A program made the position numbers and the translations under genes. Positions 1 through 13,018 of a stretch of 64,000 nt of DNA are shown here, piece after piece (positions within the stretch are counted from its first letter, which is position 1; each line of letters opens with the position of its first letter). Source of the DNA: Piscinibacter sp. (GTDB lineage Bacteria; Pseudomonadota; Gammaproteobacteria; Burkholderiales; Burkholderiaceae_C); the NCBI GenBank assembly GCA_019635485.1, contig JAHBZL010000003.1:169087-233086 (forward strand), given 5' to 3'. A model generated the notes under the pieces. It searched no databases, was not told where the DNA came from, and was given only the letters and a program-made list of their open reading frames with translations.

Positions 1-71
1 TGATCTTCCTCGGCCTGTTCACCGTGATCGCCTGGCGACTGAATGCCGCCTACTGGAAAGACGTGAAGTGA
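1..71 (+). CDS. petC: Cytochrome c1, C-terminal fragment (partial)
   Basis: Reads IFLGLFTVIAWRLNAAYWKDVK*, the typical cytochrome c1 membrane anchor with a YWKDV ending; sits upstream of sspA as in conserved proteobacterial synteny. Confidence 0.9.
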   Translation, partial: IFLGLFTVIAWRLNAAYWKDVK

Positions 72-113
72 ACGTCCCGGCGTCCGCCAGCCCCACCGGG
101 CAGGCGGACCGAT

Positions 114-158
114 GCGCAGTGGCGCGGCCCGACCGGGTGCCCACTGCGCTTGTGTTTT
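114..158 (+). terminator. Putative intrinsic terminator of the pet operon
   Basis: Stem GCGCAGTGG/CCACTGCGC followed by TTGTGTTTT. Confidence 0.55.
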
Positions 159-183
159 ACGACTCCCGCTAGGAGAGCACGCC

Positions 184-795
184 ATGATGGTGCTTTATTC
201 CGGAACCACCTGCCCCTACTCGCACCGCTGCCGATTCGTGCTGTTCGAGAAGGGCATGGACTTCGAGATTCGCGACGTCGACCTGTTCGCGAAGCCCGAG
301 GACATCGCGCTGATGAACCCGTACAACGAGGTGCCGATCCTCGTCGAGCGCGACCTGATCCTGTACGAGTCGCACATCATCAACGAGTACATCGACGAGC
401 GCTTCCCGCACCCGCAGCTGATGCCGGGTGACCCGGTGGCGCGCGCGCGCGTGCGCCTGTTCCTGTTCAACTTCGAGAAGGAACTGTTCTCGAACGTCAA
501 CATCCTCGAGTCGCGCGGCATCAAGCCGACCGACAAGCAGCTCGAGAAGGCGCGTGCGCAGATCCGCGACCGGCTGACGATGCTCGCGCCGATCTTTCTG
601 AAGAACAAGTTCATGCTCGGCGACGACTTCTCGATGCTGGACGTCGCGATCGCGCCGCTGCTGTGGCGCCTGGACTACTACGGCATCGACATGTCGAAGA
701 ACGCCGTGCCGCTGCTGAAGTACGCCGAGCGTATCTTCTCCCGGCCGGCCTACATCGAGGCGCTGACGCCGTCCGAGAAGGTGATGCGCAAGTAG
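184..795 (+). CDS. sspA: Stringent starvation protein A (GST-fold RNAP-associated protein)
   Basis: MMVLYSGTTCPYSHRCR...NPYNEVP...ERFPHPQLMP; AGGAG RBS; followed by sspB. Confidence 0.96.
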   Translation: MMVLYSGTTCPYSHRCRFVLFEKGMDFEIRDVDLFAKPEDIALMNPYNEVPILVERDLILYESHIINEYIDERFPHPQLMPGDPVARARVRLFLFNFEKELFSNVNILESRGIKPTDKQLEKARAQIRDRLTMLAPIFLKNKFMLGDDFSMLDVAIAPLLWRLDYYGIDMSKNAVPLLKYAERIFSRPAYIEALTPSEKVMRK

Positions 796-814
796 GCAGT
801 AGACTGCCGACGGC

Positions 815-1330
815 ATGAGCACCCCGCCGATCGCCCCCGCGAGCACCGGGACCTCGACGCGCCCGTACCTGATCCGGGCGCTGCACGACTGGTGCACCGA
901 CAACGGCTTCACGCCCTACATCGCGGTGTTCGTCGACGCCACGGTGCAGGTGCCGGTGGAGTACGTGAAGAACCACGAGATCGTGCTCAACGTCGGCTTC
1001 GAGGCCACGAGTGCGCTCAAGCTCGGCAACGACTTCATCGAGTTCAGGGCCCGCTTCGGCGGCGTCTCGCGCGAGATCGTCGTGCCGGTGGACCACGTGA
1101 TCGCGATCTACGCGCGGGAGAACGGGCAGGGCATGGCATTCCCGGTGCCCAGCGAGGCGCCGGCCGGCCTGCAGCCGGTGGCGCCCGAGTCTGCTGCGGC
1201 AGCTCCCCGGGCGCCGCACCTGGCGCTGACCGACAGCGGCGCCAGGCCCGACGACACGCCGCCGCAGGACCGCCCCGAGCCGCCCGAGCCACCCAGTGGC
1301 GGGCGCCCGTCGCTCAAGCGCGTGAAATAG
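815..1330 (+). CDS. sspB: ClpXP specificity-enhancing factor SspB
   Basis: STRPYLIRALHDWCTDNGFTPY, IYARENGQGM, and the C-terminal ClpX-binding RPSLKRVK. Confidence 0.96.
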   Translation: MSTPPIAPASTGTSTRPYLIRALHDWCTDNGFTPYIAVFVDATVQVPVEYVKNHEIVLNVGFEATSALKLGNDFIEFRARFGGVSREIVVPVDHVIAIYARENGQGMAFPVPSEAPAGLQPVAPESAAAAPRAPHLALTDSGARPDDTPPQDRPEPPEPPSGGRPSLKRVK

Positions 1331-1350
1331 TGCCGCCGCCAGCCGCGGCC

Positions 1351-1356
1351 TATACT
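1351..1356 (+). promoter_or_regulatory. -10 element for tRNA-Thr
   Basis: TATACT 17 nt upstream of the tRNA 5' end. Confidence 0.6.
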
Positions 1357-1373
1357 GCCGCCCCCGGTGCCGC

Positions 1374-1449
1374 GCCGGCTTAGCTCAGTTGGTAGAGCAC
1401 CCGCCTTGTAAGCGGAAGGTCTTCGGTTCGATTCCGAAAGCCGGCACCA
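1374..1449 (+). tRNA. tRNA-Thr(UGU)
   Basis: Acceptor GCCGGCT/AGCCGGC, D arm GCTC..GAGC, anticodon loop CT-TGT-AA, T loop TTCGATT, encoded CCA. Confidence 0.97.
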
Positions 1450-1504
1450 TTTCACGCATCGTCCGGCTGCGGCCGGTCGCCGGAGAAACGGGTGAAACGG
1501 CCTG

Positions 1505-1831
1505 TCAGTCCGTTTGAACCTTGATCCGGATTGCGCTAACCTGCCAGCCCCGCTGCTGAAGAATCGCTTCCAGTCGGGGCCTGACCTGGCGCAGCTTCGC
1601 GGCCACCGCCGCATTGCGAGCCAGCAGTGACCAGCCCTCGGCATCGACCGGGCCCGGCGCGACATGGGTCGCGAGTCCCGCGGGGAGGCTGGCACGGACG
1701 GCCTCGAACCGCTCGTTCGACTCTTTCAGCCGCTCGCGCAGCATCGCCAACGGCGCGCTGCGACGCAGGGCCTCCGCCACGGGCATCGAGTCCGGGACCA
1801 GCGGGGGAGGCTTGAGGTGGTTGGGGCTCAC
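1505..1831 (-). CDS. dciA: DciA/DUF721-family protein (putative replicative helicase operator)
   Basis: LLARNAAVAAKLRQ..PRLEAIL...VSAIRIKV pattern; divergent from M23/secA as usual. GTG start preceded by TACACT-N6; alternative ATG at 1786. Confidence 0.7.
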   Translation of the reverse strand: MSPNHLKPPPLVPDSMPVAEALRRSAPLAMLRERLKESNERFEAVRASLPAGLATHVAPGPVDAEGWSLLARNAAVAAKLRQVRPRLEAILQQRGWQVSAIRIKVQTD

Positions 1832-1846
1832 GACGGGAGTGTAGCG

Positions 1847-2830
1847 ATGCAGATCATGATCACGCACGGGACGCTGGCGCGTACGCGCGTGCTCCACTTC
1901 AATCGCTGGCAGTTCGCTGCGGCGCTGACCGGTGGCCTCGTGCTGCTGATGCTGCTGGCGGGCATCGTGTACCACTTCATCTTCGTGAAGGCAGCCCGCG
2001 AGGGCTGGCCGGTGGTCAGCCAGGTCGTGCGCCTGGTGGTGCGCGACGAATTCGCGCAGCGCGACCGCTTCCTGCGCGAAAACCTCGATGCGATGGCGCA
2101 GAAGGTCGGCGAGATGCAGGCCAAGCTCGTCAAGCTGGAGGCGATGGGCGACCGGGTGGCCGGGCTGGCCGGTGTCAAGACCGACGAGCTGAAGCCGGCG
2201 CGGCCGGCGGGCGCGGCCTCTGCCGCGGCGGGCGGACCGTTCATCCCGCCGCAGGCGGCCACGCTGGACCAGCTGACCAGCATCATCGATTCGCTGGACC
2301 AGACGGCCGACCAGCGCACCGACCTGTTCACGCTGATCGAGTCGCGCCTGATGGAGTCGCGCCTGCGCTCGCTGATGATCCCGAACAGCGCGCCGGTGGA
2401 CGGGCCGGTCGGGTCCGGGTTCGGCTTCCGCGAGGACCCCTTCTCCGGCCGCACCGCACTGCACACCGGGCTGGACTTCCCGAGCGACACCGGCACGCCG
2501 ATCCTCGCGGCGGCCGGCGGCGTGGTGCTGCTGACCCAGCACCATCCGGCCTACGGCAACATGATCGAGGTCGATCACGGCAACGGCCTGGTGACGCGCT
2601 ATGCGCACGCGTCAAAGCTGCTCGTGCGCGTCGGCGACATCGTCCGGCGCGGCCAATCGATCGCCCAGGTCGGCAACACCGGGCGCTCCACCGGGCCGCA
2701 CCTGCACTTCGAGGTGCTGGTGGACGGCGTCCCGCAGGACCCGGCCAAGTTCCTGGCCGGCGGCGAAACGGCCCAGCGTGCACTGGCCAAGGCCACCCGG
2801 CGCCAGCGGCCTGCGGCAGCCGCGGAGTAA
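1847..2830 (+). CDS. M23 family metallopeptidase
   Basis: HTGLD and STGPHLHFEV zinc motifs, N-terminal TM segment, coiled coil; conserved upstream of secA. Confidence 0.93.
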   Translation: MQIMITHGTLARTRVLHFNRWQFAAALTGGLVLLMLLAGIVYHFIFVKAAREGWPVVSQVVRLVVRDEFAQRDRFLRENLDAMAQKVGEMQAKLVKLEAMGDRVAGLAGVKTDELKPARPAGAASAAAGGPFIPPQAATLDQLTSIIDSLDQTADQRTDLFTLIESRLMESRLRSLMIPNSAPVDGPVGSGFGFREDPFSGRTALHTGLDFPSDTGTPILAAAGGVVLLTQHHPAYGNMIEVDHGNGLVTRYAHASKLLVRVGDIVRRGQSIAQVGNTGRSTGPHLHFEVLVDGVPQDPAKFLAGGETAQRALAKATRRQRPAAAAE

Positions 2831-2860
2831 ACTCCACGGCTTTTGCTGATCGCCGCTCGC

Positions 2861-2888
2861 CTTGCAACGGCAGGGCGCGGCCCCAACT
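2861..2888 (+). promoter_or_regulatory. Putative sigma32-type promoter for secA
   Basis: CTTGCAA-N13-CCCCAACT against the RpoH consensus CTTGAAA-N13/14-CCCCATNT. Confidence 0.45.
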
Positions 2889-2978
2889 TCGGACCCAGGG
2901 CCGCCGCTCGACACGTGCCCGGGCCGGTGGCTGCGGGCGCGGCGAACGCCCAACCACGAACGCCGCCGCCGTCGCCGC

Positions 2979-5723
<2,745 letters not shown>

Positions 5724-5763
5724 CCCCTGGCGGCGCGCCGCCCCCACTCCCCGGGAGAACGCC

Positions 5764-6993
5764 ATGCCCGTGAATCTTTCGGCTCCGAACCCCGCCGACC
5801 TGCATCCGGTCGCCGGCGTCGAACTCGGCGTCGCGATGGCCGGGGTGCGCAAGGCGAACCGCCGCGACGTGCTGGTGGTCCGGCTCGCCGAAGGCAGCGC
5901 GGTCGCCGGCGTGTTCACGCAGAACCGCTTCTGCGCGGCGCCAGTCCAGGTCTGCCGCGAGCACCTGGCCGCCGGCGCGACGGTGCGCGCGATCGTCGTC
6001 AACACCGGCAACGCCAACGCCGGCACCGGCGCCGACGGCCTGGCGCGGGCCCGTTCCACCTGCGCCGCGCTGGGCGGCCTGCTCGGCGTGCCACCGCAGC
6101 AGGTGCTGCCGTTCTCGACCGGCGTGATCATGGAGACGCTGCCGAACGACCGCATCGAGGCCGCGCTGCCCGCGGCGCTGGCGGACGCGAAGGCCGCGAA
6201 CTGGGCGCTTGCCGCCGAGGCCATCATGACCACCGACACGGTGCCGAAGGCGGCCTCGCGCCAGGTGCAGATCGGCGGCCGCACGGTGACGGTCACCGGC
6301 ATCAGCAAGGGCGCCGGGATGATCCGGCCCAACATGGCGACGATGCTGGGCTTCGTCGCCACCGACGCCGTCGTCGCGCCGGGGCTGATGCAGGACCTGG
6401 TGCGCGAAGCCGCGGACCGCTCGTTCAACCGCATCACGATCGATGGCGACACGTCGACCAACGACTCCTTCGTGCTGATCGCGACGCAGCGCGCCGGGCA
6501 TGCACCGATCACGCAGATCGAGTCGCCCGAAGGCGCCGTGCTGCGGGAGGCGGTGATCGCCGTCGCGCAGCAGCTCGCGCAGGCGATCGTGCGCGACGGC
6601 GAAGGCGCGACCAAGTTCATCACCGTCCGTGTCGACGGCGGCCGCACGAAAGAGGAGTGCCGCCACGCGGCCTACGCGATCGCGCACTCGCCACTGGTCA
6701 AGACGGCCTTCTTCGCGAGCGATCCGAACCTCGGCCGCATCCTGGCCGCGGTCGGCTATGCCGGCATTGCCGACCTGGACCAGGCAGGCATCGACCTGTT
6801 CCTGGACGACGTGCATGTCGTGCACCAGGGCGGCCGGCGGCCCGAGTACCGCGAGGAGGACGGGGCCCGGGTGATGAAGCAGTCCGAGATCACCGTGCGC
6901 ATCGACCTGAACCGCGGGCCGGCGCACGCCACGGTCTGGACCTGCGACTTCAGCGTCGACTACGTGAAGATCAACGCGGACTACCGCTCCTGA
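5764..6993 (+). CDS. argJ: Bifunctional glutamate N-acetyltransferase/amino-acid acetyltransferase ArgJ
   Basis: [14 protein letters not shown] autocleavage motif, [26 protein letters not shown]. Confidence 0.98.
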   Translation: MPVNLSAPNPADLHPVAGVELGVAMAGVRKANRRDVLVVRLAEGSAVAGVFTQNRFCAAPVQVCREHLAAGATVRAIVVNTGNANAGTGADGLARARSTCAALGGLLGVPPQQVLPFSTGVIMETLPNDRIEAALPAALADAKAANWALAAEAIMTTDTVPKAASRQVQIGGRTVTVTGISKGAGMIRPNMATMLGFVATDAVVAPGLMQDLVREAADRSFNRITIDGDTSTNDSFVLIATQRAGHAPITQIESPEGAVLREAVIAVAQQLAQAIVRDGEGATKFITVRVDGGRTKEECRHAAYAIAHSPLVKTAFFASDPNLGRILAAVGYAGIADLDQAGIDLFLDDVHVVHQGGRRPEYREEDGARVMKQSEITVRIDLNRGPAHATVWTCDFSVDYVKINADYRS

Positions 6994-7705
6994 GCGCGGC
7001 GCGCAGGATCCAGGCCGCCGCCGCGGCGGCCAGCAGGTGCTTCAGCGTGTGCCCGCTGACCAGACCGGTGGCCTGCAGCACCGCGTGGTCGGCGAGTTCG
7101 GCGGCCTTGGCGGCGGCGTAGCAACCGAGCGTCACCCACCAGGCCGGCCCGGGCACGGCAAGTGCGCGCAGCGGGGGCAGCCGCAGCGACAGCCCCGCGA
7201 CGACCAGCAGCATCGGCAGGAACTGCACGAAGAGGTAGGCCCGCAGGTCGCCCTGGCCGGCTGCGTCGCCGACCCACCACAGGCCGACCGAGGCGCTGGC
7301 CAGCAGCAGCGACGCCGCCAGCGCCGGCAGGCGGCCCCAGCGCGCGTCGACCCGCTCGGCCAGGAAGGCGCAGGCCAGCAGGGCGCAGGCCCAGGCGATC
7401 GGCAGGCGGTCGAACACGAGCCGGGTGTTGTCCGGAGCCAGGTGGTAGAACGCCGAGCCGGCCGCCGTGCAGACGAGAGCCGCCGCGAACAGGCGCCAGG
7501 TCGCCGGGCCCGGCCGGCTCAGCCCCCACAGGCCGATCAGGAGGAAGGGCAGGTTGCTCAGCACGTCGGCCGCGTGCGGCAGGCCCCTCCAGGCGCGCTG
7601 GTCGGCGAAGGCGTGGTAGTCCGGCCATTGGGCGATCGGGCCGTGCAGCAGCAGGGCCAGCGCGGTCAGCCCGGTCACGATCCAGAGCAGCGAAGGTTTC
7701 GTCAT
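6971..7705 (-). CDS. Ceramidase-like (CREST-type) membrane protein
   Basis: [34 protein letters not shown] motifs; multiple TM segments; its 3' end overlaps argJ by 23 bp. Confidence 0.8.
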   Translation of the reverse strand: MTKPSLLWIVTGLTALALLLHGPIAQWPDYHAFADQRAWRGLPHAADVLSNLPFLLIGLWGLSRPGPATWRLFAAALVCTAAGSAFYHLAPDNTRLVFDRLPIAWACALLACAFLAERVDARWGRLPALAASLLLASASVGLWWVGDAAGQGDLRAYLFVQFLPMLLVVAGLSLRLPPLRALAVPGPAWWVTLGCYAAAKAAELADHAVLQATGLVSGHTLKHLLAAAAAAWILRAALRSGSPR

Positions 7706-7815
7706 GGGAGGCGATGCTGCGCGAGCGATGGGCGCATCGGCAAGCGGCGCGGGTGACGTCGCACCGGTTGCGCCGCCCGGTATCGTCCCGCGCGCCGCCT
7801 CCCAAGATTTGTGGA

Positions 7816-7845
7816 TTGCGGCGGGTGTGGTGGCACTGCTAGGAT
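7816..7845 (+). promoter_or_regulatory. Putative sigma70 promoter for the leader-MFS-GNAT transcript
   Basis: TTGCGG-N18-TAGGAT with extended TG at 7837-7838. Confidence 0.5.
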
Positions 7846-7873
7846 GCCTGCCACTGCTGATCCCGAGAACCCC

Positions 7874-8056
7874 ATGACGCACACCACCGCCCGCGCCCTG
7901 CACCACGACACCTCCGTCGTGCGGCGAGGCATGGCGCCGTGCCACGGGGCTCCACGGCCGTCGCGCGACGGCCATGCCGCCGCTGCGCCGCTGCACGTAG
8001 CGGCCGGCATCGGTGCCGCGAATCGCCCGTTCCGCCGGGCATTCGCCGCCATCTAG
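7874..8056 (+). CDS. Putative 60-aa leader peptide (uORF)
   Basis: MTHTTARALHH...AAGIGAANRPFRRAFAAI*; lies between a promoter and alternative hairpins in the 5' region of the MFS gene. Confidence 0.5.
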   Translation: MTHTTARALHHDTSVVRRGMAPCHGAPRPSRDGHAAAAPLHVAAGIGAANRPFRRAFAAI

Positions 8057-8129
8057 CTCTCCCGGCGTACCGCCTCCACCGAGGCCCCGCCGAGAGTCCG
8101 GCGGGGGGATCGGATTGCCTCCTTCCGCC
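8057..8129 (+). promoter_or_regulatory. Putative attenuator with mutually exclusive hairpins
   Basis: 8057-8067 can pair with 8088-8096; alternatively 8085-8092 pairs with 8099-8106. Confidence 0.5.
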
Positions 8130-8195
8130 AACGGGTCCAACGACCCGCCCAGGGCACCCACCGGCGCCCGCGAAGAAGACGAACGAGGGACTGTG

Positions 8196-9560
8196 ATGTC
8201 GCAATGGCTGCTCAAAGCGAGGCCGAACTGGCCGACGCGTTTCCTGCAGTGGCTCGACGCGCTGCTGCCGCGCGAGGACCTGCTGCGCCAGGCCACCTAC
8301 CGGCGGCTGTGGAGCTCGATCCTGATCAGCTCCTTCGGCGGGCAGGTGACCATGCTCGCGCTGCCGCTCACGGCCGCGGTGCTGCTGCACGCGACGCCGA
8401 CGCAGATGGGCCTGCTGACGGCGATGGAGATCGTGCCCTTCGTGCTGTTCTCGCTGCCCTCGGGCGTCTGGCTCGATCGCGTGCGCAAGCTGCCGGTCTA
8501 CGTGATCGGCGAGACGGCGCTCGCCGCCGTCGTCGCCAGCGTGCCGCTGGCGTGGTGGCTGGGCTGGCTGGCCATGCCGTGGCTGTACGTGGTGGCGTTC
8601 GTGATCGGCACGATCTTCACCACCGCCGGGTCGGCAGCGCAGATCGTGCTCACGCAGGTCGTCGCGCGCGACCGCCTCGTGGAGGCGCATGCGAAGAACG
8701 CGCTCGCCACCTCCGGCTCGGAAGTGGCGGGGCCGGGCTTCGCGGGCCTGCTGATCAAGCTGGTCGGCGCGCCGCTGGCACTGCTGGTCGATGCGGTGCT
8801 GCTGCTGGTCTCGGCTGGCATCCTGCGCGGCATCGTCGTCAACGAACAGCGTGCCGTGCGGCACGACGCGCACTTCTGGCGCGACCTTAAGGCCGGCGTG
8901 CGCTTCGTCGTGCGCCAGCGCCTGCTGGTCGCGCTGGCGGCCGCGGTCGGCGTCTGGCAGATGTGCCACCACGCGGCGATCGTCGTGCAGATCCTGTTCG
9001 CGACCCGCACACTCGGGCTCTCCGAGCAGCAGGTCGGCCTCAGCTACATGGGCATGGGCCTGGGCACGATCGTCGCGAGCGTCTACGGGCACCGCATCAG
9101 CCGGCGCATCGGCCCGGGCCCGTGCCTGACGCTCGGCTTCGCGATCTGCGCGGCCGGCTGGCTGCTGCTCGCGCTGGCGCCGGCCAACCGCTGGGGCGTC
9201 GCGGCGTTCGCGCTGATGCTGCTGCTGTTCTCGGCCGGCGCGGTGCTGGTGTTCATCAACTTCCTGGCCCTGCGCCAGGCGGTGACGCCGGAGCCGCTGC
9301 TCGGACGCATGACCAGCACGATCCGCTGGCTGATCCTGATCCCGGCCGGTCCGGGCGCGCTGATCGGCGGCTGGCTCGGCGAGCACGTCGGCCTGCGCGC
9401 GGCGCTCGGCTTCGCGGGCGGGTCCGCGCTGCTGCTGGCGCTGGCAGCGGCCGCTTCGCCGGTGATCCGGCGCGTGCGCGAACTGCCGCAGTCCGAGACG
9501 GAGGACAGCTGGCTGGGGGCCGAAGCCGGCGTGCGCGACAGCCGCCTCGAGGCGGCCTGA
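8196..9560 (+). CDS. MFS transporter (DHA3/EntS/MefA-like efflux type)
   Basis: YRRLWSS..ISSFG, motif A SGVWLDRVRK, RQAVTPEPLLGRM; about 12 TM segments. Confidence 0.9.
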   Translation: MSQWLLKARPNWPTRFLQWLDALLPREDLLRQATYRRLWSSILISSFGGQVTMLALPLTAAVLLHATPTQMGLLTAMEIVPFVLFSLPSGVWLDRVRKLPVYVIGETALAAVVASVPLAWWLGWLAMPWLYVVAFVIGTIFTTAGSAAQIVLTQVVARDRLVEAHAKNALATSGSEVAGPGFAGLLIKLVGAPLALLVDAVLLLVSAGILRGIVVNEQRAVRHDAHFWRDLKAGVRFVVRQRLLVALAAAVGVWQMCHHAAIVVQILFATRTLGLSEQQVGLSYMGMGLGTIVASVYGHRISRRIGPGPCLTLGFAICAAGWLLLALAPANRWGVAAFALMLLLFSAGAVLVFINFLALRQAVTPEPLLGRMTSTIRWLILIPAGPGALIGGWLGEHVGLRAALGFAGGSALLLALAAAASPVIRRVRELPQSETEDSWLGAEAGVRDSRLEAA

Positions 9561-9584
9561 AGACAGAACGAAGGAGACCGAACC

Positions 9585-10202
9585 ATGGACCCCGTGCTGA
9601 TCGACGTGCCGATGCAGCTGAGCACCGACCGCCTGATCCTGCGCTGCCCGCAGCCGGGCGACGGACCGCTCGCGAACCAGGCCGAACTCGAGTCGATCCG
9701 TGACCTGCAGCCCTGGATGCCCTGGGCCCGCGGCGACAAGAGCATCGCGGAGAGCGAGGCGTACTGCCGTCGTGCGCAGGCGCGCTACCTGCTGCGCGAG
9801 GAGCTGCCGATGTTCATCTTCGAGCGCGACGTGCTGGGCCGCGAAGGCCGCCTGATCGGCGGTACCGGCCTGCACCGCATCGACTGGGCGCTGCGCAGCT
9901 TCGAGATCGGCTACTGGCGGCGCAGCGGCTTCGGCGGCAGCGGCCACGCGACGGAGGCGGTGCGGGCCCTGGCGCGGTTCGCCTTCGACCAGCTGGCCGC
10001 GCGCCGCGTCGAGATCCGCACCGACGATGCCAACCGGCTCAGCTGGCGCGTCGCCGAGCGCGCCGGATTCACGCTCGAGGCGCTGCTGCGCGGCGACAGC
10101 CTGACCGCGCTCGGCGAGGTGCGCAGCACGCGCATCTACGCCCGGGTGCGTGGCATCGAGGAGCCGCTGGGCGTGGCGGCCGCGGCGTCAGTCCAGCACT
10201 GA
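9585..10202 (+). CDS. GNAT N-acetyltransferase, RimJ/RimL family
   Basis: TDRLILR, FEIGYW...GSGHATEA, NRLSWRVAERAGF; AAGGAG RBS. Confidence 0.92.
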   Translation: MDPVLIDVPMQLSTDRLILRCPQPGDGPLANQAELESIRDLQPWMPWARGDKSIAESEAYCRRAQARYLLREELPMFIFERDVLGREGRLIGGTGLHRIDWALRSFEIGYWRRSGFGGSGHATEAVRALARFAFDQLAARRVEIRTDDANRLSWRVAERAGFTLEALLRGDSLTALGEVRSTRIYARVRGIEEPLGVAAAASVQH

Positions 10203-10936
10203 GCCGGCCGGCGAGAACTTGTCGATCGCGTCGGTGATCAGCCCGTCGATGCCCAGCCGCACCAGGCGCTGGGCTTCCGGGGCGTCGTTGACCGTGTAGA
10301 CCAGCGCGCGCAGGCCGGCCCCGTGCAGCCGCGCGACCAGTGCGGCATCCATCAGCCCGTAGTGCGTGACGCAGGCGACGCAGCCCAGCGCCTGCGCCGC
10401 GTCGAACCAGCCGTCCCACAGGGTGTCGAGCAGCAGCGCCCGGGGGAGGTCCGGCGCGGCCGCCTGCGCGCCGCGCAGTGCTTCGGTCTTGAACGAACTC
10501 AGCAGCGGCGGCACGGCCTGGCCGGCCCACAGGTGCTGCGCCTCGCGCGCCACTGCCTCGCCGGTGGCCCGCTCGGTCTCCGGCGTCGGCTTGATCTCGA
10601 TGTTGAGCGCGAAGCCGTTGCGCAGGCAGTAGCGGGCCACGGTCTCCAGGCTCGGCAGCGGCTCGCCGGCAAAGGCGCGCGAGTGCCAGGCGCCGGCATC
10701 CAGGCGCGACAGCTCGGCCCAGGCCCGCTCGCCCGCCACGCCGCGGGCGCCGGTCGTGCGCTGCAGCGTCGCGTCGTGCAGCAGGAAGGGCACGCCGTCG
10801 GCGCTCAGCTTCACGTCGCATTCGAAGGCACGGTAGCCATGCGCCGCGCCGACCCGGAAAGCCGCCAGCGTGTTCTCCGGCGCCCGCTTGCCGGCGCCGC
10901 GGTGCGCGATCCACAGCGGATAGGGCCAGGCGTCCA

Positions 10937-10937
<1 letters not shown>
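10188..10937 (-). CDS. ugpQ: Glycerophosphodiester phosphodiesterase
   Basis: IAHRGAG, PENTLAAF, ECDVK, LLHD, NIEIK. Confidence 0.95.
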
Positions 10938-12007
<1,070 letters not shown>

Positions 12008-12027
12008 GGAATCTGCGGTGATGAGGT

Positions 12028-12112
12028 CAAGCGGCCGCCGCGGAACCGGCTTTGCCGGGCCGCTGGCGGTGCCCCCCCGGGGGGGAGGCGCCGAAGGCGC
12101 TTCGGGGGGGAT
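12028..12112. repeat. ~85-bp GC-rich multi-hairpin intergenic repeat (REP/MITE-like), copy 1
   Basis: Highly similar to 13019-13102; starts directly after the ugpE stop codon. Confidence 0.85.
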
Positions 12113-12964
12113 TCATTTCTCGGTGTCGACCAGGCCCTTGACGAACCACTTCTGCATCAGCAGCACGACCAGCGCGGGCGGGATCATCGCCAGCACCGCG
12201 GTGGCCATCACGATGTTCCAGTCGGTCGCCGCGTCGCCGCCGCTGATCATGCGCTTGATGCCGATCACCACCGGGTACATCGACTCCTCGGTGGTCACCA
12301 GCAGCGGCCAGAGGTACTGGTTCCAGCCGTAGATGAACTGGATCACGAACAGCGCGGCGATCGAGGTGGCCGACAGCGGCACCAGCACGTCGATGAAGAA
12401 GCGCATCGGTCCGGCGCCGTCGATGCGCGCCGCCTCGACGAGTTCGTCCGGCACGGTCAGGAAGAACTGGCGGAACAGGAAGGTCGCGGTGGCCGAGGCG
12501 ATCAGCGGCACGGTCAGCCCGGCGTAGGTGTTCAGCATGCCGAGGTGGGCCACCACCGCGTAGGTCGGCCCGATGCGCACCTCCACCGGCAGCATCAGCG
12601 TCACGAAGATGGCCCAGAAGAACAGGTTGCGCAGCGGGAAGCGGAAGTAGACGATGGCGAACGCCGACAGCAGCGAGATCGCGATCTTGCCCAGCGCGAT
12701 GACCAGCGCGGTGATCAGGCTGACCATCATCATGCGCCCCACCGGCGCGTTCGATGCCGCGCCGCCGCCGGAGCCCTGCAGCGCCTCGAGGTAGTTCTGC
12801 ACCATGCGGTCGCCCGGAAGCAGCGACATCGGCGACTGCAGGATCTCCTGCGCCGTCTGCGTGGAGGCGATGAACGTGACGTAGAGCGGGAAGGCGACCA
12901 GCGCGACCCCGAGGATCAGGACGGCGTGGGCCAGGATGCCGAGTGTCGGGCGGCGTTCGACCAT
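12113..12964 (-). CDS. ugpE: sn-glycerol-3-phosphate ABC transporter permease
   Basis: MVERRP start, [11 protein letters not shown] motif, [23 protein letters not shown]. Confidence 0.95.
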   Translation of the reverse strand: MVERRPTLGILAHAVLILGVALVAFPLYVTFIASTQTAQEILQSPMSLLPGDRMVQNYLEALQGSGGGAASNAPVGRMMMVSLITALVIALGKIAISLLSAFAIVYFRFPLRNLFFWAIFVTLMLPVEVRIGPTYAVVAHLGMLNTYAGLTVPLIASATATFLFRQFFLTVPDELVEAARIDGAGPMRFFIDVLVPLSATSIAALFVIQFIYGWNQYLWPLLVTTEESMYPVVIGIKRMISGGDAATDWNIVMATAVLAMIPPALVVLLMQKWFVKGLVDTEK

Positions 12965-13018
12965 CTCAGGCCTCCACGGCGCCGCCGTGCGCGGCTTGAG
13001 GCGCGAATCCAGCCGCAA

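Noticed and set aside
1374-1504. tRNA-Thr as an island integration site
   Set aside because: No integrase, no duplicated 3' end, and core genes follow directly
2862-2978. In-frame N-terminal extension of SecA with a poly-Arg run, a possible SecM-like element
   Set aside because: SecA homology starts at [14 protein letters not shown] (2979); the extension is GC-rich UTR containing the putative promoter, with no arrest motif
7874-8056. Leader ORF as a histidine-type amino-acid attenuator
   Set aside because: The six His codons are scattered rather than in a run, and the downstream genes are not biosynthetic; kept only as a general ribosome-sensing candidate
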